Of a stretch of DNA of 64,000 bases, positions 11,790 to 24,799 are shown one piece after another. Origin of the DNA: Convolutriloba macropyga (taxonomy: Eukaryota). The position numbers and the translations under genes were made by a program. Below the pieces are notes generated by a model. It did not search any database. It was not told the DNA's origin and saw only the letters and a program-made list of their open reading frames with translations. The stretch's first letter is position 1. Each line of letters opens with the position of its first letter. The stretch lies in NCBI RefSeq assembly GCF_964194025.1, contig NC_134478.1, positions 12,090,001-12,154,000 of the forward strand. The letters run 5' to 3'.

Positions 11790-14700
11790 AGGGGCATAGC
11801 AAAAACTTTATAAATTTGTATCATTTTTGAATTTGGATAATAGTTGCGAATTCTATAGAAAACACCGCAGATGCTGTTTAATTGGTTCACAGTTTGTTGA
11901 ATATGAAAGTCAAAATTCAGTTTTCTATCAAGAGTTATACCTAAGTATTTTTCAGATTCTTGTAGTTCACAATCGGGCAAAATTGGGTTCAAATTAAGCC
12001 CTAAGTCTTTACCAAAATACATCAACTGAGATTCCTTAGAATTAACGCAAAGTTTGTTTTCATTGAACCATGATATCGCCTCCGTAATGCTATCTTTAAT
12101 ATTTGTTTCAATATCTTTTCGGTATGTTGGTATCGTCAGCAAACAATGTGATTTCCGATTTTTGCATATTTGATGGCAGATCATATAAAAAAAATTAAGA
12201 AAAGGAGTGGGCCAAGCACAGAGCCCTGTGGGACACCATTTTTACTTTTTTTTAACTCAGAGGTTTTGGACTGGAAAAAACATATTGTTGGCGGTTGTTG
12301 AGGTAGGACTTAATAAGTTTTTAAATTGGCCTCTAAAACCAAGAATTTCTAGTTTGTAGAGTAATAGTGAGAGATCAAGGGTATCAAAAGCTTTTGTTAT
12401 ATCACGGAAAACTGATGCACAAGGGTTTTTGTTATTCATAGACAATCTTATATTATCAGTTATTTCAGCTATGACATGAATACATATCTTTTTGAGCGAA
12501 AACCAAATTGTCTACAAGAAAAGAGTGTGTTTTTGGAGATGAAGTTAACCATTCTTTTGTAAATAAATTTTTCAAAAGTTTTGCTTATGGTTGTTAACTT
12601 ATTTGTCTATAGTTTTCGGGGGCATCCATGTTCCCTTTTTAATGAAGTGCCAACACTTTTGCACTTTTGAAGCACTGCGGAAAATTATGGCTCTTTATGA
12701 AATCATTGAGTATGTCAACTAGCGGTTCAGCTATTACAGGTAAACATAACCGAAGAACCATGTTAGTGATTTGATCCAAACCACTTGACTTAGAGTTTTC
12801 GAAAGTTTTTACAATGGACAAGACTTCCAGTAAGTTTGTACTATGCATAAAAAAATGATTTGTGTAAACAATTACTGCGTTGGCGTGGCTGTAATTTAGG
12901 AATTTCAGACAGAATTTTTTCTCCGATAGTTACAAAATAATCACTTAAATGGTCAGCCTCCAAATCTACATCTTGCTGCGTCTCTTTTTGTATCTTTAGA
13001 ATTTTTAAGGTATCAAAAATTATTTTGCTAATTTTCTGATCTGCCAACCGCGAAAAATGTGCTCGCTTTGATTTGCTAATTTTCCTTGTTATTTCATTTT
13101 TCAAAGGAAGTTATTTCTCTCTATCTTTTGGTTTATCAGATGTAACCCATTTTTTTCTGCCTTGATCGCGTTTTCAAAGAAGGTTCTTACTTTCTTTATT
13201 AACCCCGGGGACATCTGTTTTTAGTTATGACTAATTTTTTCTGGTATAACTGGTGCGTATCTGCTTAGAGCTTGCATATTTGTCGATACAGAAAACTGAA
13301 TTTTGCCATCGATTGATTCCGTAGATTTTTTCTTCAAGTTTTCATATAACAAAAACAAAAAGTTTAGCAGTTTTTGGTCAGTCAATTGATTCAGATTTCG
13401 ATATTTTTTAATTGCTTTTTTGGTAAATAGAATGCAACCAAAAAGGAACTTTACTCGGAATTGGATAATGATCTGAGATAGAAATTTCATAAGTTTTGCA
13501 AACCAAATCATCATCGGTTATGATATGATCTATGCAAGAAGAACTGAGATTTGTTTTTCGAGTTGGTTCATTATTTTGGATTCGAAATCCGAGCTATTCA
13601 ATTATTTCACAATATCTCTTCTTTATTGATGATTGTTCTAAGATATTAATGTTAAAATAGCCAAAAATTAAGGTTTTGGAATTTTTGGTTTGCAGAAAAT
13701 GGAGCATTTATTCAAATAAATTCATCTAGAAAATTTATCTAGATTTGCTGAAAGAGGTCGGTAAAGAACACAGATATAGCCCTTCACTTTATTTTTTTCT
13801 TTGACTGAGACCAGAAATAAACATTCCTGATCCGTTTCATAATCCATCAAGCTATATGAAATTCCTTCTTTCAAAAATACAGCAACGCCGCCCTTGGTAT
13901 TTATACAATTTTTTGAAATCCTTGCAAACAGTAAAAATCTAAGGGGTCGTTGGTCTGAGCCATGTTCCTGTTAGTGCAATTATGTCCGGTGGTTCTTTCA
14001 AGCTATCGTGAAGAATCTGCAACTGATCGAAATCTTTTCTAAGAGATCTAATTATCAAACATAAAAACATTTTTAGTGGCTTAGGTACTATTTATCAAAG
14101 TTCTAATTTTGAAATACAATTGTCGTGGTCATTATCTGCCAGCTAATCTGAATTTTCGATTCCTACTCGGCTTTTATTTTAAATTGAGATGACTTTTTAG
14201 ACACCTCACATATATTTTCATGTCGCGCTGTTTTCTGCAGATGTGAATAATCGATTAGAGCAGCACACCCGTCGTTGTCGTTGGGTGATGAACGTAAACG
14301 TTTGAGACTAGATTTTGATTTTTTGGGTGCCTGAGGAATAACGTTTCTCAAACAGACATTTGAAGGAGTTGTTTGTGATACTTGTGAAGTATTGTTGTTA
14401 AACTCACTATTTTTCGTTTTCTGTGCAAATTGTCGCATCAATTGTCTGACAATAAAACTGTTCCCATTACCTAACTGTTCTTTCTTTAAAAGCGCAAGAC
14501 TTGAGAAACCTTTCTTGGGTTTTATAAAACACCTTTACCTGACAATTCTTTGTTGTAGTAACGTAAACCTTTTTTTCGACCATTTGCTTTAATTCTATGT
14601 TTTTCTGTGGTAAACGCTCTTTAATAGTAATCCGCCGAGAGTTTTCAGATTGAAAAATTTACCAAGCATTGACCGTCGTGCATATATTTCATCCTTCTCC

Positions 14701-16672
14701 CCAAAATAAAGGAATTTTACGCTAACTGCGGGGGGTATTTTGAATTTTTCCATTATCCCAGTAAATGACAGGCTTTCATGTTTTTGAGTGGTACAGTATA
14801 AATTAGGTATTGTCTCAAAAAGTTTTGTACTTGTATATTAAGTTTATCGTAATGGTTCATCGGCAAATTTACAAATATCAAACAATCTTTTGAGGTGTAT
14901 CTTTCTTATTGCAATAATCTGTCCTCTAAATCGCCCATTTTCGCCCACAGTTGTTCAATTGTTTTGTCTTTTTCAATAGATAATTCGAGTAAATTTCCCA
15001 TAATTTTTTTAAGGAATCGTTCTGTAAAGATTCAACAAGTTGTTCAGTTTGCTGTAATAAAAGAGCATTCATGTTTGCTTAATGATAATACGTTGTCTCA
15101 ATGTACAGAGTGAGCAAAGAATAAGTTCAGAAAAGCTAAGCAGAAAAAAGAGCAACTATACTCTAGCTTGCATTGTGTGCGTCTCTCTTTCAATATTGTC
15201 GAGTTTCTGCTTCAACATCCGGCAGACTTCCAAAAATTGTAATTTTGGCTTTTTAAAATAACGATTAAACAGAACACACAGTAAACCCAATATTGAAACT
15301 GATGTTGAAACCGAATAAAGAACTCATATATTTTCTCCTCGAGAGAAAAATTGTTGGAAGTAACCGAATACTGACTGGAATATCATTCCGAATTGACATA
15401 TTAAATGTCATTGGAGTTCAAATTGGAAACTTGATCTTCATTTAGGTGTAGTGAACTCGTGTATGAAAACTATTCTTTTGCCAAAAAAGTTGGTACTAAC
15501 CAATTAGGCTTCAAATGATGTTAGTATGAGCTGATATTATTAACCATTTGTAACTTAAGGGAAAAGATGAAATCATTCTAGCTCACTTCGAATTGCATTA
15601 CTTAGAATGCCGAAAAATGACTTTGGTTGCGTAAAAATGTAAATGAAAAATTTCTGATGAAGCAAAATTCGGAAAGAAGTCAACGGCAAAATCAGAAATG
15701 GTAGCGTAAATCTTTGCTAGAAAAACACGCAGGGCTGAAATTATTAACCTAACTCGAGACCAATTAAAAACTTTAATTTCTTCGCTGCAGGAAACTTTCC
15801 CCCTGACACCTCCCTAAAACGATCAGGAACACCACCCGGGTCGAGACCGAATGGTTAACTTGTAAGAACTTGCAAGTCGAATGGTTAACTTGTAAGTTTC
15901 AGTTCAAACTGAAAAACACGTAAAAAAAGGAATTTGTGATTGATTCTATATTGGCAGTTTGCCAGTTATATTATAGTTAAACAAAATAAGGAAGCATCAA
16001 GGAGACTATCAGGTTTATAGTGGTTTGAAAAGGAAAATTTAAAGATTGTTTAAAAAGTTGTCAAGATGGTCAAAAACCGACCTTACGTAACTCCATGACA
16101 GTGGGTTTTTTGGGAGTACACTTGAACGGCACGTTTTTTTGGGAGTTAAAAACACAAAAAAGTTCTGAAATTGGTACAGTGGTTGCGCAGATATTACCTT
16201 TTTGTTTGCCACACAAGTGCCAAACCGCTGCAACCATACAAAACATTTGTGTTCTAATTGGGTTAAAGTGGTTGATTGTTTTTTATATTTCACTCAGTAA
16301 AAAAAGTTTGCCAAAGACAGCAATAGGTGTGAGGTAGATGAATGTAGTGTAATTATTGTCTGAGGTCCCAACTCTTCTCGCAATTTCCAATGAAACAGAA
16401 AAAAGAGAAAATGATAGTCTATTAAATGGTACGTATTTGCACAAGCGGATCTCCATTACCCATAGCGGGTCACCTTGCTGTAAAACACAGAACAACAACA
16501 ATTGAAAGACTTTTTGCAAAAATTGAAAAAAAGAGGAAAATGGAAGAACTTCTTTTCTGATGCTATAGATTAACATTTTTCTGATGTATTTTGTTCTTTT
16601 TCCGCGGCGCATAATATGTGTACATTCATATCTTGCGACGTCTTTTTGTTTTTTTTTCTACAGCATAGGCAG

Positions 16673-16780
16673 AATGTTTATCTTGTGAGAACCTGCAAGT
16701 TTCTGGCAGAAAAACTTGCAAGGCGATGCATCGCCTAAGTTTCTGCCAGAAACTTGCAAGTTCTTACAAGTTAACCATTT
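16673..16780. repeat. ~108-bp imperfect palindrome (MITE-like); one arm also at 15848-15896
   Basis: Centre aggcgatgcatcgcct; arms ...gcaagtttctggcagaaa / tttctgccagaaacttgc... Confidence 0.8.
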
Positions 16781-17039
16781 GGCACCAAGTTAATCTCGCT
16801 TTTTAATTTATTTAAATTGTGAGAGATTTTTGAAAAACGACAGACATCAATACAAAAAAGGGCTGGATCCAGTGAAATCAATCAATTTAAGTGAATGTCA
16901 AAAAATTAAAATTATATCAATGTTTGCATTGCGGTAAGATAACGCGTTGAAAACTACGCTCATTAATCACCCTTGTCATTTGGCTCGAAGTCATTAACAG
17001 TTTGTCTACTATCTCCCTGTATTCAATTCAATATTAGAA

Positions 17040-18150
17040 GTTCTCGAGTCATCAAAGATCGCTTTATCGTGTTTTAAAGTTGCAAATTCTCCAGGTGAAT
17101 TCCGGTTACGTCGTTTGTTAGATAATATGCGTATTTTTAAGCGTAGCAGTTAGATCACAACGAGGAGTGGTATACGCATCAACGATTTATGTCATTGTTT
17201 TCGTTTTGTACTTTTTCAATTTTTTCTATGCAATTCCTTCAATTGCAGTCAGATCCGCGCTGTTTCTCTGCAAGTCCTTTTCGTATTTTAATAACCTGAA
17301 GGCATTCGAATTAGTTTTTGCGTTACATTTTTCTACAATTTTTGACTTTAGGTTCCAAACAAAATATTTGTCTTCTTCATACATAATTTTCACAGTAACC
17401 GGAGGAGGGAGTATTAGTATATCCATTTTTCCAATTACAGGACTTGCAAGAAATCGGCTGAGTTTTGTGTCCCAGAAAGTCGTTCAAAAAATTACACATG
17501 ATATGTTTAAAGTTATGGTAAGGGCCTTTTGTCGTGTTTTTAGTGTACATTGTGAAAAATAAACGTTTAATTCTTTTTAATATATTATCGGCCAGTTTTA
17601 GCTATGCAAAATAGATGCAAACCAATTTTTAAGACGTTTAGGAACCGCTACTTTAAAAAAGCGCAGTCAAAAAGACACATGAAAGAACAAGCGAGCAAAC
17701 AGTTTAATTTCCTACGCACAAAGCAAAGAAGCTGTTGACTGGCGTTCATTTAGCTGCTGAATAAATGTCTGTCCAAGAATTTTGTTCAAAAAATTACAAA
17801 TGATATGTTAAAAGATATGTTAAAGACTTTTTGTCATATTTTAAGTGTAGGTTGTCAAATAAAAGGCAATCCCTAGTTGAATATTGCTCCTTGTTGGATA
17901 ACCTTTCTTTTTCAGATTTATTTAACTTGGGAGATAAGTTCAGTAGTAGGTTCATATTTTTGGTGGTTTCAGCGTTAAAGGAAAGTAATAATTTTTGCTC
18001 TAGATTTTCGTCCGAAATTGTTTCGTTTAAATCTTTTAACATATTATCGACCAATTGTGGAAATTTTGATGAAAAACTTATGACTCTCGAGCCGGAAGCT
18101 TTTCGTGTTTTCTCTGTCTTATGTATATTCTATTACATCTTTATTCTCTA
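17040..18150 (-). pseudogene. ORF1 remnant of a second, related CR1/L2-type LINE
   Basis: EQYSTRDCLLFDNL and LPPPVTVKIMYEEDK parallel ERYTSKDCLIFVNLP and PPAVSVKFLYFGEKD of the 4481-15189 LINE ORF1. No ORF2 follows. Confidence 0.65.
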
Positions 18151-18189
18151 AACACAAAATAAATCTCCGAACAACTACTCAACATAAGC

Positions 18190-19840
18190 CATTTAACAAT
18201 TATCCTCCAATTAAAAGTCCTGTGAACAATTAGGTAATTTAAAAAGAAATGTAGAAAGTCCAATATATCAGCAACGTGGTCTTGGCAAATATAAGTTTCA
18301 AAAAATCAATACACCGACCCGAGCAGAGCTGTTAGAAATAGTTTCTTAAGTGCTTGAAAAGCATCTACTGCAGATTTCTCGGTGCGCATGGTTCTTGCAA
18401 CGATCATAGCATAAGCCAAAGCAAAAATCAGTTCGCCAAATTAGCACTATACTGTTTTTCAATGTTGAAGACAAAATGAATAGCGGCCGACGGGTTGCTC
18501 TCGAACGAATGTGAGACAAACCATTATGAAGGGGCGAAGGCTAGAAACTTTTATTGTGCAAAGCTTTTGACTAGGAAGGGTTCAAACCCGCTACTTTTCG
18601 GGTTAAAGTCGGGAACTCTAACCTCTATGCTACACGGGCTAACTTATGTTACCGCTCAAAAAAAAATTTATTTAGCAACAGTCATATTTTCTGACTCTGT
18701 GCCATTCAAATGACTAAAAAAAAACCAGAAGTCAAGGGTGAAAAAAAGTTACTTGCAAAATAACATGAAAAATTCTTGAAGAGGACAGCTAAGCAAAATT
18801 TTGCACAAAGAAAGACACGCACGTTGACAGTAATTGCTTCAACTTCATTCGAGAGCACTTAATTAGAATTTTGCAAAAATTCGTCGTTTTTCTGATAGCA
18901 AGTCACACAACAAAATTGCCCAATTTTGTTCTATTTCTAACCTTTAAAAAACAGGTCGTAACTGCTTTCGCTTAGCAAACCAGGAATTATGTTGAAGCTT
19001 GGCTTTTTCCACATAACGTTCTATAACTTTCAGACGTTAGTTTGGACTAAATGAATACAGAAAACTCCTCTGAAACCATAAAACCTAGGCCAATTTTTTG
19101 TTTACAAATTTTCCCAGCTGCTCAGATAAACAGTATGGAGTCCTAATAAGAATCTAGCTGCCAACAATTATCACACGATCAATGTGAATTAACAGCAAAT
19201 TTTGAAAATTCATTACATTAAGAAATTGAAATTACGATGATCATGAGACCAATAAAGCAATATTTCGAACCTTAGAACAAATTGGTAAATAAAAATAAAT
19301 TTCAACAGTAAACATTAGTCTGATGATGCCGAAAACTAAATTTTGCTAAGCATTTGCAGTGTCTCGTAAGGACACTCAGGGCGTGTAGAACGTTTTCATT
19401 TAAGAAAAAGTCTGGAAATCAGATGAAATTTGAACAAGCTGTTGAATTATTTGCCAGGAAAATAGTCTGATTATTCACAATTACCAAAGTCTCCGGCAGT
19501 TTCCAACTTCTAAAATTGTCACATTTCTGCTTAAACATCCAGCACTTCCAAATTTAGGTTTTCTTTTAGAACGATTATTAAGAACACGCGCTTTGGAATG
19601 AGATTTAGATGTCAGTGGAGATCAAGTTGAGAACTTGACTTTAATTTTGGTGTTGTGTGCTGAGGATTAAACACTACTCTTTTTGACACAAAAAATTGAG
19701 GATGGGAAATAGGGGGCTTCCAATGATCTTAAAAGCTGTTATTATTCACGAGGTATTATTATTATTGTTGTTGCTATTTCAAAACTTTAGGTGAAGAGAG
19801 GAAGTTATTTATCGCACTTCGAACTGTACTTACCTAAAGT
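18190..19840. repeat. Old paralogue of 3030-4480 + 15190-15610 (empty site of the LINE)
   Basis: Collinear anchors cagcaacgtggt, gatagcaagtca, ttcagacg, aattaccaaa...aacttc|..attgtc..tttctgctt.aacatcc and cacttcgaa. Confidence 0.75.
18480..18861 (-). mobile_element. HINE-B with internal tRNA-like cassette (18570-18640)
   Basis: Inverted termini ttgctctcgaac / ttcgagagca. Internal minus-strand A box TAGCATAGAGG and B box GGTTTGAACCC. Confidence 0.6.
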
Positions 19841-22164
19841 AAATAATTTATGTTAAAAAATGTTACAGAAATCAATCTCTATCCTTTTGGAAAGAAACCT
19901 CTCAAGTAACAACTTGATTATGATTAAATTAGTGGGCCCTGAATTTAATTTCGATTAGACTTCAAATTATCACGTTAGATTTATAAAGTCAGAGTATACT
20001 TATAAAGAAGTCAATTATACGGCCTCTACACTTATAGAACTTATCAAATGATCGATCTAACAGATTTGTTATCAAATCATTAAACATCATAATCAAAAAC
20101 TAATAAAGGCTGACAGACGAGAATTCCAGATTCTGCTAAATTTTTTGATGCTAAACGTTGCAGAACTAATCACAGCCTTAAAAAAAATTGAACTATGCGT
20201 TTTGGAAAACGGGACAAGTAAAGAATAACGATCTAAGAGCGTCTGTTTTGAAAAACTCGAAAGAAAGGTTGATTTCGTTAACCATTTTCCGCAGATTAAT
20301 GTTAAACAACAGCCAATATCAATTCACGGGTCAACTAAGAAAAGAGAAAACTGACACCAACGCAAGTCCGAGTAAGAGCAAACTTAAGGCGAGATTTGGA
20401 AAACAATCGAGTGTTCAAAAACAAAAAAACTTTCGGTCGGTACAATAAGTGAAAAATTAGGATCATCAAACAAAATTAACTGATGCTCCAAATGAAGGAA
20501 GATCACCCATGTTATTGAGATTAAAAGAAACACTCAAGTAAACACTTGGAAATCATCAAAAATTCATGTAGACAGAACACAAAAAAAAACAGAAAATAGA
20601 AAATTTTAAACACCTTAACCCATACACCAAAGTTTCAGAAGAAAGGATCTATGACTTCTTGTTAATGATATTAATTTAAAGATTTTAATTTTAAGTAATA
20701 CATTAGAGAGAAACATTGGTGAGGGAGATTTTCAAAAACCAAATTTTTTTCAAACAGTGTAAAAATCAGTAGCTATCAAATAGCCCCCACTCCAAATCTA
20801 AGATTGGTTTTAAATTAACGACATATATCATATTCGCATATAACTCACATTTATATTTATATAAATTCTTTAATTAAGTGAGATTAAGTGCAAGGTGACA
20901 CAATTAACAAAAACGGTCAGAACAAAATTCAACTAATTTTACTTGAAACAAATAGTTTCATACTCATAAAAACTAAACGCAATGACCTCAAACCATTAAC
21001 ACGGGTAACGTAACTTATGACACTTTAGTAATCAATTAGAACGTTCATTACTAAGAATGTGATAACATCACAAGAGAAAACAACGATTATAGCCAAAACT
21101 TGAAAATTCAATAAATTTTCAAGGAAACAACGATTTTCAAAGCAATCATTACAATCTGCCAGTAATGAGACTCAATAACAGTATAACAAAAAAAAACATT
21201 TTAATGAAAACAGTGCCGAAGTAAAAAAAACTCATTAGTTGCCCAGAGACCAATTAAGACAACAGCATCTATTCATCATTACGCCACATGCTCGCACGTG
21301 AGAAATCGCTCAAGAGCTGAAAAAATATAAACCCAAATCTGTTTTCTTCTTATAAATCACGATTAGACTAATAATGGCTTGGTTATTGCTTCAAGGCTCC
21401 TAAAAAACGTAAATGTTAAAAATGGTAACATAATTGAGGAAATTAATTATTTGACGGAATAGGTCATAAATGTGAACAAAATCGCTGAAATGTCAAATGG
21501 CTCAAATAAAATTTTAGAGCTAAATAACTCAAAACTTAATAAACTCGAACTTTACAAAACAAAAAAAAGCGGTTTAATTTTATACTTTACGCGTGACGGG
21601 CTTTCTAGTGATGCCACTCACAACTCTCTACAATATTTCGATCGGCCAAAAATTTCAACCCAATTGAGCATATAGGTCCTTCGCCCACTGAAGGGAGGTC
21701 CGAACAAAAATGCAGAAGTTGCACAAGCTCCACGAGCGGCCTTGAAATATTGAGAGAATGAGAATAACAGAAAATCATATTATTCTCTGAAAAACTGTTT
21801 GAAAAGTCACAAAACAATCAAATTTACTTTCATTTTACATATAGAACGGTAAATTGCTGTCTGTAAAAATTGAGTAAGCAAAAATGTTTCACATTCCTTT
21901 TTCACGTTCTTTTCTATTAATAATCAGCAGGTTTCTCCACTGAAGAAAACCCTGTCTTTGTGGCAAATATTGCTCAAAATTTCAATCGTTTTTCTTTTCA
22001 ACAGCTAGAATTCTCTCGCTGAACCCTCAAAACTGGCTGATATTATGAAAATTTCAAATGTGAAAATCAAACAGAAAATAATTAAGACAAGTTTATTTAT
22101 ATACATTAGAAAAATCGGAACAGAAAATCAGCTACCTAAAAATTGTATTCATAGTTCACAATAT

Positions 22165-23790
22165 TCATTGGTTCAAGTTGTTCAAATTTGTGTTCACAAT
22201 ATTGTAACTTCCGCAAGCATCATCATCATCATCATCGTCCTCGACGATTAAATCAGTTATTGAAATCGGGTCGGTAGCTGTCTGCTTATCTTCTAACCCG
22301 GCGAAACTCGAATTCGTTTGACAACTGACATCGAACTTTTGAATGTTTGTGTTATATTTTGAACAAGTGGGTTGTTGAGTTGGCTGTTGGAACTCGTACC
22401 CGCTTGGCATTTCGACATTGTGACCTCTAATCAGATTTTCCCCCTGATCAGGTCGCACATTTTCTTCAGGTATATTTTCAATCAGGAGCTGACGTTTACC
22501 GACAAAACCATTCTGTTCTCCTATTGGCTGTCCAACATCGTTTGCTGCAATTTCATTGGCTATCTGCGGTTGTACATTATCATTTTCTATTGGCTGGTTA
22601 TTTCTCTGATTCGGCGGCAGAACATTTTGAGGAATATCTTGGATTCCGTTCAGATCTTCATTTCTCGGAGCTTCAAGGCGGGCGTTTTGCGGCCTCTGAT
22701 TTATGTTTATATCAAACCTAACAAATGGCAGCTGTAAACGCATATTGAATCCGAATATTACTAATAATAGCAAACCGATAAAAAGTAAAGCAAACGGTAA
22801 ATAATACCAGGATATTTGACTCAGATAAACTTGCAAGCTCCGGCCTAAAGGACCTGCAATTCCAACCAGGGCAAAACCCAAAGTTTTGGAAAAAACCTCC
22901 AGCAAGCTAATTCGCCAAATTGGGGAAATTAAAGTTTTCATGTTCATTTCGGCACAATCATCTCTGCCCAAAAACCAGTGGGTTAAAGATACCTTTTGCT
23001 TAGCGCCGCAGGTGTTTTTTGAAAAAAATTGAACGTCGACAGCTATTTCTTCTAAATATGTCAGATATAGAGCTCGAATAAAATCAACTAGAAATACCAA
23101 AAATCCAACCACTGCTATTGTTTGACGTCCGATGTTAACTCTTACCCTTTGCAGAAAAAAAGTGACAGCGTATAAGAATGATACTGTTATAACCGATAAC
23201 TTCAAATAAATATCCAAATCGGGAAGGTAAAAGTCGATAAACAATCTAACCCAACTTTTACCCGATAATTTCTGATATTTCAGCCCATCAATCAGCAAAT
23301 TCTGAATATCAATCAAATTCTCATCTCCGGTTGTGTCCACGAAACTTAACATAAAATCCAAATCTTTTCGTTTCAAAGACAAAATCACCTCAAAGTTGAA
23401 ATTTTCACCTACACTTTGATCAAAATCTTTGGAAAAGCCGATGTCGTCATAAGAAGATCCGACTAAGTTTCGAATTGCGCGTCTTGTAAAGGGTGCTTCC
23501 TTTATGGCCGGGTTCTTAATCAGATCGCATCTTCTGTTCAAAACGGTCACATTCTGCAAGGCCTCCTTCAACTGGTTCGCACATAGCTGGTTCTCGGCGG
23601 CAACTTTCGAATCACAATCGGCCGAGGAACCAGTCTTCGAGTTGGATGAATACCGACTTCCAAACTTCTGAGGAGCCAATAACTCGTCGAAATTGGTTCC
23701 ATGGATGCTACCGCGCTCACCCGGTTCGATTGAAAACACGGGAACAAATGCCAAAATTGCAGTAATGCAATACACAATATAGTAATGCAT
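22165..23790 (-). CDS. CLCC1: Chloride channel CLIC-like 1 (MCLC family) ER membrane protein, 541 aa, intronless
   Basis: Uninterrupted ORF from ATG at 23790 with a signal peptide and three TM segments. DDC....TLISPIW resembles CLCC1 DDPC..Y...LVNPIW, followed by an amphipathic segment, TM3 and a disordered acidic tail. Confidence 0.78.
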   Translation of the reverse strand: MHYYIVYCITAILAFVPVFSIEPGERGSIHGTNFDELLAPQKFGSRYSSNSKTGSSADCDSKVAAENQLCANQLKEALQNVTVLNRRCDLIKNPAIKEAPFTRRAIRNLVGSSYDDIGFSKDFDQSVGENFNFEVILSLKRKDLDFMLSFVDTTGDENLIDIQNLLIDGLKYQKLSGKSWVRLFIDFYLPDLDIYLKLSVITVSFLYAVTFFLQRVRVNIGRQTIAVVGFLVFLVDFIRALYLTYLEEIAVDVQFFSKNTCGAKQKVSLTHWFLGRDDCAEMNMKTLISPIWRISLLEVFSKTLGFALVGIAGPLGRSLQVYLSQISWYYLPFALLFIGLLLLVIFGFNMRLQLPFVRFDININQRPQNARLEAPRNEDLNGIQDIPQNVLPPNQRNNQPIENDNVQPQIANEIAANDVGQPIGEQNGFVGKRQLLIENIPEENVRPDQGENLIRGHNVEMPSGYEFQQPTQQPTCSKYNTNIQKFDVSCQTNSSFAGLEDKQTATDPISITDLIVEDDDDDDDACGSYNIVNTNLNNLNQ

Positions 23791-24799
23791 ACTCAATCTT
23801 AAAGTTTATTAACAAACTGCGGACTGTTTTAAGTAAAGCAAGGCAGCTTAGATTGTGCAGATAACTGTCTTCAAAAATTTTTGAGAATTACTCGTTGAGA
23901 CTCGAGATTTACTCGTTGAGACGTTGAGACTTAGTAGTCAGACGTTTAAAATCTGTACACATTAATTTTTAATTCAACTATCTATATTGTAAGCGCAGAT
24001 GTTGAACTTAAAATTATGCCGTAGCAAAAGTATTTTTATGCGCAGAAAAATTGATTCTATTAATCTGGCGTCTTTTGGTCCGAGTCTTTCGGTAAGACAA
24101 CAATAAACATTAAACAATTTCTGGCTGCTCAGAACACAACGATTGTTATAATGCAGGAGTTATATCATCCTGGAATTTCAAGTCAGTAATATTACTAGCT
24201 CGATGTAATCATAATTGGAATACCAGTCAAGGCAAATGCCAAATACCTTGGTTTACAAATCTCACATGACACGGCTTGATTTAGTTCACTGAAATGTGCT
24301 CCAAAACACTATTTTATGATCTCATCTAAACGTCTGCAAAAATTTATGAGTGATTTCTCCAAATAAACATTTTGAAACACTAAAAAAACTTGATTCAAGA
24401 AAAATTTCTTCAATCAATCCAGGTAGAAAACATAACCTAACATCGGAAATTGCACTCGAACGATTAGTGACTATTGGGAACTCGAATTTATTTCAGCCTG
24501 CTTATCATTTTTGGTAGGGGGTAACTAAATTCACTGAGCAATCAAATGACGTCATTAGAGGTTATTATATACAACTATGAACACTAAATCAAAGTAAAAA
24601 AACACCAATATCGGCGCACTTTTCATTTGACATTTAGTAGTCAATAGAGGTCAATTGAGATCAGCTGCTCAAAAATTTGGACGAGAGAATTAAGATTATT
24701 CCAAACGCAAAAAAGTGAACGGCGCAAAAAACCCTCGATAAGTCAAATCGGTGCATGAAAACCATAGCCGGTAGAATACCTCTTCAAGGTCATATATAT

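Larger units (their letters stand above)
4481..15189 (-). mobile_element. Decayed near full-length CR1/L2-type LINE (ORF1 + APE-RT ORF2), interrupted by an LTR element
   Basis: ORF1 remnant (ERYTSKDCLIFVNLP, ~14900). APE motifs (PDIIALT.TWL, GGVAVF, SCIDHII). RT motifs (KSSGLD, QFGFR, KAFDT, GVPQGSVLGP, FADD, YLGI.LD). YKVFAMP/LMSYSLLVYG is split by the insertion. (ATTCA)n tail at 4481-4502. Many stops and frameshifts. Confidence 0.9.

Noticed and set aside
18570-18640. Functional tRNA genes (also ~44745-44820, ~60630-60700)
   Set aside because: Acceptor and anticodon stems do not pair properly, and the segments lie inside dispersed repeats.
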